DNA of 64,000 nt from Flectonema sp. DT1601 (Eukaryota), in contig OZ025805.1 of NCBI GenBank assembly GCA_964019425.1, forward strand, positions 310,001-374,000. Direction: 5' to 3'. The stretch's first letter is position 1; every line of letters begins with the position of its first letter. Below, piece by piece: positions 1 through 12,913 of the stretch. The position numbers were made by a program, and so were the translations under genes. A model generated the notes under the pieces. That model made no database searches, had not been told where the DNA came from, and saw nothing but the letters and a program-made list of their open reading frames with translations.

Positions 1-17
1 AAATAAGAAATAGACTT

Positions 18-929
18 TTGGCAGATGAAGTTGTCAGTCGTCAGAAACGACTTCAGCTTGAGAAAGATGCGGAATTACAATTGGGTGAATATGGTAGAAA
101 ATTTGAAGAAATGAAAAAATTACAGAACGTAGACGTATATGAAAATCGATTGAAGGAGCTGATGGATGAGGGATACGAGAAAGAAGTTGCCATGATTCTA
201 ATTCATTGCAATTCTGCCTATGAAAAAACACTTAGAACTTCGATAAAAGACTTATCAAAAGAGGTTGACGAACGCGAAGACGATTTTAATAAAAAGAAAG
301 AAGAAATGGTCAACGAAACCCTCCGAAGAGAGTCTGAAGAACATCGAAACAAAACGATAACACTAAAGGCCCCGGCAAACTTATTTGAAATACCCGGTAA
401 GGATAATGTACCTGATCAAGAGGGTGAGTACTTACCACCATCTAGAACTGTGAGAAGAGATGTTGATTTAAGCGTTATAAAACACGAGATGGAGCTAGCT
501 GATGCCCGCAGAGTAAGTACCCCTCTGTTACCAGAGTTGTCTATGTCGTCCACGTCGTCTGATGATAAATCATTTGTATTTGGATCAACAGCAGCTCCAA
601 CACGTTTCATTCCAAAACATCTTCCTGCGGTTGCGACTGATAAAGATCCAACTTACAACACTGTTCAGAATGTCGGAAAATATCGAACAGGTCGTTGGGA
701 TGGAGTTAAACTACCTGAGCATCCCCAAGTTAAGGCTTACGTGTCTGGTTCTAAGGGCAAATCATCACCAAATTCAAAAACCAATGAAAAAAATTCAATT
801 TCAAAACAACAATCTGGTACTAATAAAAAGAAAGACGATACTGCAGTTTTAACGTTAACCGCTCCAATCCCTCCTTCAAAGCCTAAAAAAGCTGCTGATG
901 GAAGGATTTTAAAAAGTGTTATTATATAA
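18..929 (+). CDS. Hypothetical protein (charged coiled-coil N-half, low-complexity C-half); start uncertain, possibly a 3' exon
   Basis: 303-codon open frame with protein-like composition in otherwise stop-rich DNA. It begins at TTG next to a ttttggcag acceptor-like site; the first ATG is at 111. Confidence 0.55.
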   Translation: MADEVVSRQKRLQLEKDAELQLGEYGRKFEEMKKLQNVDVYENRLKELMDEGYEKEVAMILIHCNSAYEKTLRTSIKDLSKEVDEREDDFNKKKEEMVNETLRRESEEHRNKTITLKAPANLFEIPGKDNVPDQEGEYLPPSRTVRRDVDLSVIKHEMELADARRVSTPLLPELSMSSTSSDDKSFVFGSTAAPTRFIPKHLPAVATDKDPTYNTVQNVGKYRTGRWDGVKLPEHPQVKAYVSGSKGKSSPNSKTNEKNSISKQQSGTNKKKDDTAVLTLTAPIPPSKPKKAADGRILKSVII

Positions 930-2093
930 AAGAGTTATATGCTATCGGCAAGGTTTGACAGGAGCAATCCTAAAAAAATAAATTATTGTTGTTCACCCCC
1001 TCCTCCTCTCGATTGTAACGAGTCTCGTTTATGATACAATACATTTGTATTTTACGTACAAAATCGAACAGTTAATCCCCCTCCCTCGATAGTAACGAGC
1101 CAGTAAATAGTATTTTATTTTACTTTTACATTTTGGTTTTTTTTTGAATTTATTTTTTGGTTGTTAAGATATAATAAAAGAATTACAGACTGTTTTTTTG
1201 TGTGGCTTCTCGAATCCCCATGTTCGACAGCAATTTATCAGTTTGTTTTTATTTTTTTTTAATAATTATCTATTGACCCTTTATTTTATTCTTATTCTTG
1301 TTTATTAATGCACTGACCCACTGCTGTGTCAGCATTCTGTAGTTGGTCAAGTTTTGATCTCTTCCCCTCGTATGTTCTGTTTGTCTTTGATTATAATTTG
1401 ATGTTTTTTTTTTTTTTTTTTTTTTTGCACCGACGAAGTCGGGAGAAGAAAACTATTCAGATCAAAGAGCTGTTTTTGTTTTATTGTGCTCATGAGAGGG
1501 TATTATGCTGTCTGTCGATCATTAAAATATAAAGCTACCATCTGAATGGTTTTTTTTTTTTTTTTTTGCATTTAAGAAGTATTGTAAGAACGAAAAATAA
1601 TGTTGGGGGGCAGCACACGTAAACCTCCTTTAGCTTTATCAGTTTAAGTCGGTTCACGGTTTCGTGACGCAAACAAAAACATCTCCCCTGTCTTTTCCAT
1701 ACACATCCACCAGACACTCTACTGCACAAAAGAGTGCAGCTTTCCAGGGTAATTGTCCCTGTCCCCGCTTGATGCATTTCAAGGGACAATCAATCCTTCA
1801 AAAAGAGACGACTACGTCATCCAGGGCCGGTGGACATGGTCGGCATCTCAATATTTCGTTTTCATGCGACTACGTTTCTCTTCTCAAAAAGATAGATGAC
1901 ATCACTTTTTAGGAGGGGTTTTCTTTCCCCTCTTTTTTTTTTTTTTTTTTTTTTTGTGAATTCTAATTTCAGATTTTCTGTATATGGCGATCCAACTTGA
2001 TTTGTTGATAAGAAGTATTTTGTATTCCTCTGCTCGCTACTCAAGTAAGGGGAAGGAAAAAAAGTCACTGGACGGTATAGTGGGGAGCCTCTT

Positions 2094-2124
<31 letters not shown>

Positions 2125-2671
2125 GTAATTTTCACTTTCAGATATTTCTTAAAACGTAGTATGCCTGATGCTGTATAAGAGATCATGCTTATTACTTTTT
2201 AGAGTTGCCTTGCGTGTTATATAAGTAAGGAAAAAACTTGAAAATGTCACTGGTAGGGCACGCAGACCTTTCTAATAACTGGGCGTATAAACGTGAGCTT
2301 CTTCAGAGGTTTTGACATAGATAAAATAAATAAAAAAAGAATCGGCAAACTTCATTTTTTTGCTTACTCACTCACACTTTTATTTTGTTTGTGTGCAACC
2401 GGTAGAAAATCCTAATAAAGGAAATAGGTTAGTTACGCTGCCACAATTCTCTTTCTACCGAACAATGGGTTTGTAGGTACAATAAATAAAGATATCGTCC
2501 TTTCTATTGTTTAATAACTAAAACTTAAACATGAGCATCTGATTTATTTGTTATTGTTGCCGTGCTTCTATTTTTTTTTTTTTTTTTTTTTTGTTGGTTA
2601 CTATTTATTATTCTGTTATTGTCATTTTGTTTATTTAATCCACTTTTTTTTTCTTTTTTTTTTCCATTCAG

Positions 2672-2707
<36 letters not shown>

Positions 2708-2861
2708 AAAAGCCATCCCTTGAGAGGCTTAACATGTTTCTGTTTTTCAACGATGTTGGAAATTTGTAATTCAGAGAAGGGATCTATTTTTTAGTTATTT
2801 GTGTTATGTTTATTAATTGCTAACTCTTCCCCCCCTTTCAATCAGTAGAAGGGTGTTTGTG

Positions 2862-4028
2862 ATGGAGGTTGATACTTCACAAATTCACCTTCCTCCCCAC
2901 CACTCGTTATTGTTGTCTCAAAAACTACAGCAATACCAACAACATTTATCACAGCAATACCCAGTCTTGCAGAGACGTGTTCCAGAACAGGGATCACCAA
3001 CACCTTCGAGAAGCGAAACAGTTTTAAGCTTTGGAAGCGGTGATGAAAAACGACGAAAACCAAGCTGTATGAGAAGAGATTTAAAACAAGGAATCTCAAC
3101 CAGATTAGCTGTCTTTTTAGGAGTGGCTGTTTTGATTGAAGCTTTGGGTGCGGTGTTTGGCAGTTTCAGTGTGAGCGGATCACATCTGAGAGGTGTTGGC
3201 TGTTGTGTTGTGGTAGCAGCAAGCTGTTCAATAATATACTTAATGACTCAGATAAGGAATGAACATCCGTCGAGAGTGACTTTAGATACATCTGTTTTAT
3301 TCTTAGCTATTGGATCTTTACTACGGTTTGGAGGAGAATCGAAACTTTTGAGTGATGTTTGGGCTCTTCCAGTTCTTCCAAAACTATCATTAGTCTATTG
3401 TAGACAACAGTGTTTGTGGCAACGAGAAGATCTGTTTTCATTCAGAATAAAAGAGTTTACTGCGATCATTTCTAATTTCATGTTCGTTATCATATTCGTT
3501 GGAGCAGTTGGGTCAGCTTATGGTCGAACTCTGTCTCACAGAATTCGAATTTTTACTAGTATAAAAATAGTTCTTTCACTTCTCTGTATTGTCATAGCCC
3601 AAAACGCATTCGGTGAAGGTCTGTTGCTACCGATGCATACTGTTGGAGGCATAGTCTATGCTCAACAACAGCTTCATATATCCTCTGATGGATTAGATAA
3701 TAAACTCCGTCTTATGGCAGCTGGAGCAGCTCTCGAAGTTTTGTCATGTGTTTGGGTTTTAATTGCAGTTAATTATTCTTTAAAACCAATGAAAAACCTG
3801 TCAGTCGCATCACTCATACTATTAATAGGAAGCCTACTCCGACTATACGGTGAGTGCTCTCAGTTACATCCCTACAGTGTTTGGTCAGCTTTGGGAATGT
3901 CGTCATCTCTCATTTTAGAGATGGTTTCTAGAATGGTCGCAACACTTTTATTCGCAACTTGCACGATTGGATTTTGTGCAGTTAGCCTTCGGTATTCGAG
4001 CACATCTGAGGATTTTGGTGTGACGTGA
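2862..4028 (+). CDS. Multi-pass membrane protein of unknown function
   Basis: Long ORF (2817-4028, first ATG 2862). A hydrophilic Q/P/S-rich N-terminus is followed by many hydrophobic segments, with an internal repeat (LFLAIGSLLRFGGE / LLLIGSLLRLYGE). Confidence 0.75.
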   Translation: MEVDTSQIHLPPHHSLLLSQKLQQYQQHLSQQYPVLQRRVPEQGSPTPSRSETVLSFGSGDEKRRKPSCMRRDLKQGISTRLAVFLGVAVLIEALGAVFGSFSVSGSHLRGVGCCVVVAASCSIIYLMTQIRNEHPSRVTLDTSVLFLAIGSLLRFGGESKLLSDVWALPVLPKLSLVYCRQQCLWQREDLFSFRIKEFTAIISNFMFVIIFVGAVGSAYGRTLSHRIRIFTSIKIVLSLLCIVIAQNAFGEGLLLPMHTVGGIVYAQQQLHISSDGLDNKLRLMAAGAALEVLSCVWVLIAVNYSLKPMKNLSVASLILLIGSLLRLYGECSQLHPYSVWSALGMSSSLILEMVSRMVATLLFATCTIGFCAVSLRYSSTSEDFGVT

Positions 4029-6655
4029 AAAGGAGACTTTTTTTTTTATCATTTTTAAGTTTGATTTCCAAAAAAAAGTAGCAAAAAAAAAAAAAAAAAA
4101 AAAAAAGAAAAAAAAATATGAATATGGAACAAAACATCTGATGCAGCGGTAGGATACCAATCCGGCCAGCAATCGCACAGTTTTTTTTTTTTTTTTTTTG
4201 CATTTAACACAGTATTGTAAGAACAAAAAAAAAGTAACACGTAAACCTTCTTTAACTTTATTAGATTAAAGTCAGTTTACAGTTTCGTGAAAAGCAAAAC
4301 ATCAATAAGTGTAAAATTACTATTTTCTATATGCCAATTTTTTCTTTCTTTCTTTTCTTTCTTTCTTTTTTTTTTTTTTTTTTTGCACCGACGAAGTTGG
4401 ATAAAAAAGCTATTCAGATAAAGAGCTGTTTACTTTATTATTGTGGATCAATCAAAAGGGCTCCTTATTTCCCCTGCGCCTTCTACTTAGTCGTCAGGCT
4501 TTTCATGTTTATGAAGAGTGCTCTGTAGTTCGGTAAGGGTGATAAAAAGTCACAGTTGCTAGTAGCGATATAACTGTTACCCTGTTGAGCTTTTCCTGGC
4601 TTTTGGCTTCCTAGGCTTCGTAAATAAATAAATAAAGGTAACTACACTCCGATTGATTTGGTCTAAATAGTTGAATGGTGATTAGAGGTGAAGAGGTGTA
4701 TATGGATTACTCTCGAAACCTAAATAGTAAAGCTTCAGATTGTTAAATTATCGTTTTTTATACTATAGGTTCGATGTTCCCTGTGACTTTGCTAACTTGG
4801 GGGGGTGAGGGAATAGAGGAAAGTGGTTCTTGGTTAGTGTTAACTGACTGCAATCAAGGGCTCATCAATGATGCTGTAACGCTGATTCTTTGCGATTGTT
4901 GAATTTTGTGTTTTTGATCTGAAAAGAAAAAAAAAAAAAAAAAGCCAAATCAAAATACGATTTCACTTTCACTTTCACCCCTTTTTTTTTTTTTTTTTTG
5001 TTGTATTCAAATACCTATAGCAAACTAAGTTTTTCAAGTAAAAAAAAAAAAATAAATAAATAAATAAAGTGTTTGTTGGTATTTTTTACAAAAAAAAAAT
5101 GGGAAAAGATATGAAAAGAGGAACTGAAAAAAGAAATCATAGAAAACTTTACCTGTCGAGTTATTGCAAAAGACAGAACCAAAAAAAATTTTTTTCGCTT
5201 CGGCGAAAAAAAAAAAAAAAAAAAAAGTAAGGCGATTCTTTGCTATCCAGCACTCGTGTAGAGAAGGGTTGACCTGCATTTTATATTTTTCCTCGGCTCT
5301 CTTGTACAAAATGATATAATCTTAGACTTTAGGGAAATTTCCCCTTTTTTTTTCCGATCCTTTTTTATTTTTTTATTTTGTGTATTCCGAGGAATGTGCA
5401 GTTTCCACCAGTCAACGATCTTATTTTTGTTATCTTTTTTTTTTCCATTATTTTTTTTTTTTTTTTTGACGCGTCATCAATACCAATCACAACAAAAGTA
5501 TTGCTGTTGAAAGTCTCTTTGGACTCTTTTTACTACTGAGAGAGTGAGAGTTCCTCGGAGGGGGGAAGGGAGGGTACAAACAATTGCGACTGCGAAAAAG
5601 CAAAAAACGTTTTGTATTTGTTTCGTAAAGGGTTTTCTGGTTGGCAGCGCCAAGCCCCCATTGCAAGTGATTCTTTAACTCCCTATTATACTTCACCCTC
5701 TTCAGTAATTATCGAAACAAGATCAAAGACTCAATTATATTCTTTGACGCGTCATCAATACCAATCACAACAAAAGTATTGCTGTTGAAAGTCTCTTTGG
5801 ACTCTTTTTACTACTGAGAGAGTGAGAGTTCCTCGGAGGGGGGGAGGAGAAGGTACAAACAATTTAAAATTCTTTTTTCAACAGCCACACGATTCCTATT
5901 CATCCTGCTTCTCAACACGAGGTGGTTAGCCTCTCTGGAAATTTCTCAGGGTATTCACTTACTGTAGTAGTGAACTTTTTTCCTTTTTCTTTTGCTAATC
6001 CTTGAATTGGCAAAAACCTCTTTTTTTTTTAGCAAACAAAAAAAAAAAACGAGAATGGGGGGCCGTTAATTAACTTTTTCTCTTGTTCTTGTTGGATTTT
6101 GAGAGATATTTTATTTTATTTTTTTTTTTTTTCTTCTCTTCCCCAAAAAAAAAAACAATATTTAGTATTTGGAATTCCAGGATGTTTTTGTGTTAAGTTA
6201 TTTATTTTACGTTTGTTTATTTATTTATTTATTTATTTATTTATTTGTTTTTTTTTTTTTTTTTTTTAATTAACCCTAAAAAAGACCACGTCAAAATCCT
6301 TTTTTTTTTTGTCTATTTTTTTTTGAAAAATAGACAAAGGAGAAAAGGGCTGTGTGACTTGATGAAAGACGGGGAGCAATGCCCTTTTTGCGGGGTGTGT
6401 TTTAGGATCTTAAAAAAAAAAAAAAAAAAAAAAAAGAAATGAAAAATGAAAATGAAAAGAAACAACAAAAAAAAAAAAAAAAAAAAAAAATGGAAAAAAC
6501 CTCTAATTTTACCAAAATAGTTAACCATCAGCATTCGGATTCGGGTCAACCACCGAAGTTACTTTGAACAAATCAGCGTGTCCAAAGTAGGAGTTTTCGT
6601 CTTGTATGATATAAGCATAGAATAACAAAAGATCGATTCTCGGTCATTTTTTTTT

Positions 6656-6789
6656 TTGCACCGACGAAGTCGGAGAAGAAACTATTCAGATTAAGAGCCG
6701 TTATTTATTATTGTCATGTTATCTATTTCCCTGTGCGCCAGTAAAACTAGCTGCGATCAACAAAATATAAGGCTTATCTGAATGGTTTT
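6656..6789 (+). mobile_element. About 135-bp dispersed element with subterminal inverted repeats and a terminal hairpin
   Basis: Near-identical inverted copies at about 20522-20658 and 21011-21152; degenerate copies at about 1425-1552 and 4383-4480. Contains a CCGAC-GAA-GTCGG hairpin and the AAACTATTCAGAT/ATCTGAATGGTTT inverted repeat. Confidence 0.7.
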
Positions 6790-6895
6790 GTTGCTTTTTT
6801 GACCCGAGAAAGGAATAATTTTAAGGTTGGCAATTTTTTTTTTTTTTTTGTGGAATTACGAGTTTTTTTTTCCACCCAAAAAAACAAAAAAAAAA

Positions 6896-6927
<32 letters not shown>

Positions 6928-7341
6928 AAAAAAAATATCTGTTTAGTTGCATTCCGGTCTGAAGGAAAGCAGGAAAAAAAAAAAAAAAAAAAACTTATTT
7001 CTCTTTTTGTGATTTATTATTTAATTACTTAGAAACAGGTTTTAATAAATATCGAGCATGGAGGAGGGGTTAGCTGTGTTGTTGAATTGGAAATTATTTT
7101 AATAAATAATTATGAAAATTTCTTATGTTTTTTTTTTATATAAAACAGGTTCTTATCTTCCCTTCAGATTCTGTCGTGAACAAGTCGGGTGACCAAATCA
7201 CATGAAGCACAAATCTCTCATATAATCAACCAACGGAGATGAAGAATAACATGAAAAAATACTAACAAAACATGTTTGTTTTAAATATATCATTCTTTTA
7301 TACAAACAGATTTTAATCTAAAAAAAAAAATTCCATCTAAA

Positions 7342-7782
7342 ATGTGTCGTTCAGAATCTGTCAGTAAGACCAATCAGATTTGTTGTCATAATAATTATGA
7401 TAATATCAGGGTTAATAAAGTCACAAAACATTTAGTTTTGAGATGTCGTGACTGTGGTGATCAGATCAAAGGAAGCTCTTCTCTGATATGGAATACTCTG
7501 AGATGCCAAGAATTTACAAAAAATGGAAATTGTCAACTTGGAACTGACTGCGGCAAACTCCACATTCATTATAAGAAACAGAGAAAGGAAGATCGGGTAA
7601 ATACTAACAAACATGTGATTTCACTTGTTATTGATGAGCTGACTTGGAGTCAAAGTTTAGCATCGCAGAGCACCAGTACTTCAAGTGTTGGTTCCCTCAG
7701 TGGTGATGAGTGTCCTCCAGCAATTATTAACCAGTACCGCCACGATCCTTATGGTGAGGTTTCTTCAAAATTTTATTGTTGA
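7342..7782 (+). CDS. Small Cys/His zinc-finger protein (CxH..CxxC ribbon plus CCCH finger), possibly RNA-binding
   Basis: ATG-started 146-aa ORF with CCHNNYDNIR..LRCRDC, a C-x7-C-x5-C-x3-H finger (CQEFTKNGNCQLGTDCGKLH) and a C-terminal YRHDPY motif. Confidence 0.75.
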   Translation: MCRSESVSKTNQICCHNNYDNIRVNKVTKHLVLRCRDCGDQIKGSSSLIWNTLRCQEFTKNGNCQLGTDCGKLHIHYKKQRKEDRVNTNKHVISLVIDELTWSQSLASQSTSTSSVGSLSGDECPPAIINQYRHDPYGEVSSKFYC

Positions 7783-9195
7783 AAAAAAAAAAAAAAAAAT
7801 ATTTCCCCATATGTTCATTTTTTGCCGAAAAAAAAAAAAAAAAAAAAAAGCAGCCATATATTAACATGGTCGTTGTTTTTTTTTTATAAGATTTAGAAAA
7901 TTTGAATAGAAAAAAAAAAAAAAGAAAGCCGATGATTTCCTCAATTCCGATTCTTTATTTTATTTTATTTTTTTTTTCACTCTGATTTTATGACATCGCT
8001 GAACGTAAATTCGGTCTGGAGAAAATCGAGAGCAAATAACGATTATTTATTATTTTTCTCCCTCTCTCCCCAATCTTTTTTTTCATTTCCTGTAGTACAT
8101 TTATGTTAGAATTCACAACCGGAAGTGTTGTAGATAATAACCTTTTTTTGGACATTTATATAACTCGACACACACACACTATATTTTACGTTTTTTTTTT
8201 TTCCTTCATTCCGTTCTTATGTTTTTTTTTAGGGGAAAAAAAAAAAAAAAAAAAAAAAAAATTCATTGCTAAAAAAGGTCTGAAGACGATCTCTTAGAGC
8301 AATTTACTTGTTTATTTCTTTTTTGGGGCAAAGCAAAACACTTTCATCTACTCTGAGGTTCGTTGGTTTATTTACTCGCGGGGTTGCGGATTTTTTGAAG
8401 TGTGTGGTAGCCTTTTTTACCTTGACTTTTTTTTATATACCATCATATATCTTTTTGTCCCAGTTTAGTTTGTAGTGCTTTATGGAACTCTTGTGGATTT
8501 TTTTTCATTTTTTTTCAAAAAAAAAAAAAATGAAAAAAAAAGAACTCATTTGTTAATTCTGCACTCTTCTGAACTGCTATTTATTTTGTCTCTTCTCTAT
8601 TCTTTTGAGCCATATTTTGTACTGTCTCGCTTGCTATTTTTAAAAAAAAAAAAAAGGGGAAAAAAAAAAGAGCGTGATGCACAGCTATACTACGTTATTG
8701 TCACGTTCTTTTTTTTTTTTTCTGAGGCATGTTTCACACTTTTTAAAAAAATTGTGTGTGTTGTTATTTTTTATTATTATTATTTTGTTAGTTTTTATTT
8801 TGTTAGTAGTCATAAGGCTGCTAATCGTTCGATTTTTTTTAAGTTTCCTGTTCCTTTGCGAAATACATTACATATTATAACTGAAGAAAAGAGAGAGAGG
8901 AAATCATCGGCTATTTTTTTCTTTTTCTTATTTCTGTTTTTTTTTTTTTTTTTTTTTTTTTTCCCCCCTCCACTCCCACTTAAGTTTGTTAACGGTATCC
9001 TGACTTGTAATCTTTTGAAAATTTCTTGGGTGCAACAAAATTATTAAATTTTTTTTTTCTCCGACTAACTAAACCCCACCCATAAATTGGCATCACTTCT
9101 TAGTAAATAATCCTTCTTGCAATCAGTCTCTTATTTCAGGGATAACGCTTTCCTCTTTTTTGTGGAAGGATCTTATGCTATGATGGGTCTTTTTC

Positions 9196-9230
<35 letters not shown>

Positions 9231-10968
9231 CCACTCCTTTTTTTCTTTTTTATAATTCCATAAAACGGTAATAAAAAGATAGTGCTCAGCATGGTAATCT
9301 GTCGGTTTGTGGAAAAAAAATAAGGAAGGGGAGGGAGAAAAGAAAAAAAAAAAAAAAAAAAGGGGGGGGGGGAAAATGCTCTGATCCAAGGAAGGGTAGA
9401 TGGTTGGAAAAAAAAAAATAAATTAAAAATTACCGATCTCCGATTTTCATTGTGAGGAGGAGTACATAATAAAAGTAGGCACCCTTCTTCTTTATTTTAT
9501 AAAAAAAAAAAAAAAATCTTTTTTAAAATCTTAACATATTTTGTTTTTTGTTGACACAGAGGGCTCCTACTTTATTCATACGACTCCCCATTGGGGTATT
9601 TGGGATATAAACTAACGTTTGATGCATTAATAAATATTTTTTTGTATTTTTTTTCTTTCTTTCCCCCGACCAGCGCAATGCCGTTGCGGGTTTTCATTTG
9701 TTATGTCATATGGTTCAGTTCAATAAAATCCTTTTGTAAAATCTTCATCAAAAAAAAAAAAATAATATTTTCTTTTTTAAAGCATCAAACGTGTGTTTTT
9801 TTTTTTTTCCCCCAGATAAAATCGAAAAAATTCTTAGGCAAAAAAAAAAAAATTAAAAAAAAATGAACAAAAAACACCCCATCAAAACACATCCCCAACA
9901 TCTATATTTGAAAAAAAAGAAAAAGAGAAATGTAATAGTGCTACATCTTGAACGAAACGATCATAAAAAAAAAATTAAAAAAAGAAAATATTTTTAAAAC
10001 CCTGAGATAAACTAGTATCTCATATATTAAATTTTTTTTTTCATTTTTTTTTCATTTTTTTTTTCTCTATGTACCAAACATGGGCAGTGCCAAGGCCAAT
10101 AAAATAAAAATAAAAAAAGATTTTTGGGGCTTTTGATAGCCGGTAAATTTTTAGTCACGTGGCAGCTGTGTTGGTGCCGATAGAAGAAAAAAAAAAAAAA
10201 AAAAAAATTCCATTCTTTTTTGACAAACCTTTTCACGACTTCTTCCTCTCGTTGTATATTTATTTTTTTCTGTTCACTCATTCACGTCTATTTACGTGAT
10301 TATAGCATAACATAATAATACTATGTTTACTGTTTTTTTATATACTCTGGATACTTCGTTGTTTTTTTAATCCAGCAAAAAAAAAAACCTCTCAGCAGAA
10401 AAAAAAAAAAAAAAAAAAAAAACGCCATTATATTGGCGTTATGATTTTATGTCTTACAAAAAAAAAAAAAAAGACATGCTGTTTTTGTTCTGTCTTTTTA
10501 ATAAAAGAAAGTTTAGGGGGGGGAAAAAAAAAAAAAAGAAAGAAATTGTTTTCTGAAAATCTTACTGAGGAAAATGAATATGTTTTTTTTCTTCTTTTTT
10601 TTCCCCCTTTCACTTTTTTTTTTTAATTTTCTCCCATACGCATGTGAAATGAGAAACGTTTTTGTTTTCTTTTGAAAAAAATTGTTAAGAAGAAACGTAG
10701 TGAAACCTAAATTGTGGTGTTCCATCTTTTTTTTTAAAACAAAAATAATATCAAACATGCGTGAAAATAGAATTATTTCTGACAAAAAATTAATTTTGAC
10801 CTAAAATAATTTCTGTTGTACACTTCTGACCACTTGCTGAAGAAGTAGTATTCCGTTTTTTGTCTTTTTTTATAAAAGAAAAAAAATTTTCACGACAGAC
10901 TTGTTCGTTCAGTAACTTAAATAACAGATTTAAATATCGAATATGATAAAAATCTAAAGATTGTTGTT

Positions 10969-11025
<57 letters not shown>

Positions 11026-12650
11026 GTCACTTCTGATAACTCACTGAAGAGGTGACATTCTTTTTTATTTTTTATTTTTTTCTCCCATACACTGAGATGA
11101 GTCTACAAACTTTTTTTTATTGGCAAAGACAAGATGACAAAACAAAAAAAAAAAAAAACTTTTTTTTTCGTCTGGTTGATGTTTTTTGCCTGAGCATAAA
11201 AAATGACTTTATGTAGGCTTTTATCTGAGTGCGGTTTGAAATTATAAACCACCAAAAAAAAAAAAAAAAAAAAATGAAGTTGATACGATTTTTTTTTTCT
11301 TTGTGTCTTCAAATTTAATGAAAAAAATTTTTAGGTATCGACAAAAAAATCTCTTTTATAGACCCCTTTTTGAAATCCACTCCGTGAATCTCACGAAAGT
11401 GACTCCGGAGGTTGATCTGCCCTCAGCTTGTTTAGATTATTATCTGAATTTTTTCTTCTTTTTTTTTTTTTTTTGAAAAAAAAAAAAACAAAAAAAAACA
11501 TCTTGAAAAAAAAGGAGCTACCGTGTTAGTTTCTTACGAGATGCTGATCTGTGTGCAGCAAAAAAAACAAAAACAAAAAAAAAATTCTCCCAGCTCGTTG
11601 TTCGTTCAGGATGTAGCTCACATTACAAAAAATAAAAAACTAAAAAAAAAAAAAAAAAAAACTAAACTCGTATTTTTTTAAACATTTCAGTTCAGTATTC
11701 AAAGCTTGTTTCTTTTTGCTTTGCGGCTATAATATTATTTATGAATTAAAAATCGTTTTTTTGAGAGAGTTCGTCCGACTTGTTGTTGAGGCAAGTTAAG
11801 GATAACTGGGAATATTTAATTTCACGACTCGAAGAAGCAAGAATATCAATACGTATCGTCAAATACACTGACGCCATCCGAATTATTTTCCTTCTTTATC
11901 TGCGGGTTTTTTTTTTAAATAAGGTTTGAAAAAAAAAAAAAAACACACACGAATCTTTTTTTTTTTTTAAAAATTTCCCTCTCGTCTTCCCTCTTCGTTT
12001 CTCCCATTCACACTTCCTGGGTGAGTTAGTTTTATGTTTTTAAGTTGCCAAAAGTCCAATGTCCGTAAACTCAACGACTTCCTTCCTTTCTATGATGAAC
12101 AAAAAAAAAAAAAAAAAAAAAAAGCGGGTTGGAAGATTTGTGAGTTTTTTTAGTTAGGATGGTCTGTTCTGGCAGTTATTTTTTCTTTTCTCGAACGGTT
12201 CTGAAGCAAATCAGGCTGCATATAACTAATTTTACGTACCTGGTGTGTGTGTTGCTCTCTTTCTCACCCCCAATTTTTTTCTTTTTTTTTTTTTGAAGAG
12301 GCAAGAATCTCTCTGTCTCTTTATTTTACTTTTCGAGGTTTTTTTAAAAAAAAAAAAACATTGGAAAACAAAAAAAAAAAAATATAACATCTTTAATACC
12401 CTTCATCTCTGTATGTAAAATCTATGATTGCAATGTGTTTTTATCAATATTTCTTTAACTTTTTTTTTGCATGAAGATTAAAAAATTATCTAAAATCTGC
12501 GATTTGATATAGCAAACCTTCTTTTACTGCCTGCTTCGTGCATGCGGTGAGTCTGGGTCATCACCCCCACTTCCTCGGAGGTTTTGACTTTTTCTTGAAA
12601 AAAAAAAAATTAATTTGAGTTAGGTTTTTCTTAACATAAGATAATATATG

Positions 12651-12685
<35 letters not shown>

Positions 12686-12913
12686 CAAAATTCAAAAAAA
12701 AAAAAAAAAATAGTAATATTACATTTTTTTCCTAGCTCCTCCATTCGATGCTTCGTTTTAAGAAGAAGAAAAAAAAAAAAAAGAGGGAGAGTTTTTTTTT
12801 CGCTCTCTCAGCCTGCACTTCATTCTAACTCCAAAAAATGTTGCTATATTTCAAAAAAAACTTTTTTTTTTGTTTTCTTTTTTCAAACCAAGGTAAATTA
12901 ATTTATATATAAG

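Noticed and set aside
1326..12900. Many 60-190 aa poly-F/poly-K ORFs in intergenic DNA (also 20000-28100)
   Set aside because: They arise from poly-T/poly-A tracts and lack protein-like composition.
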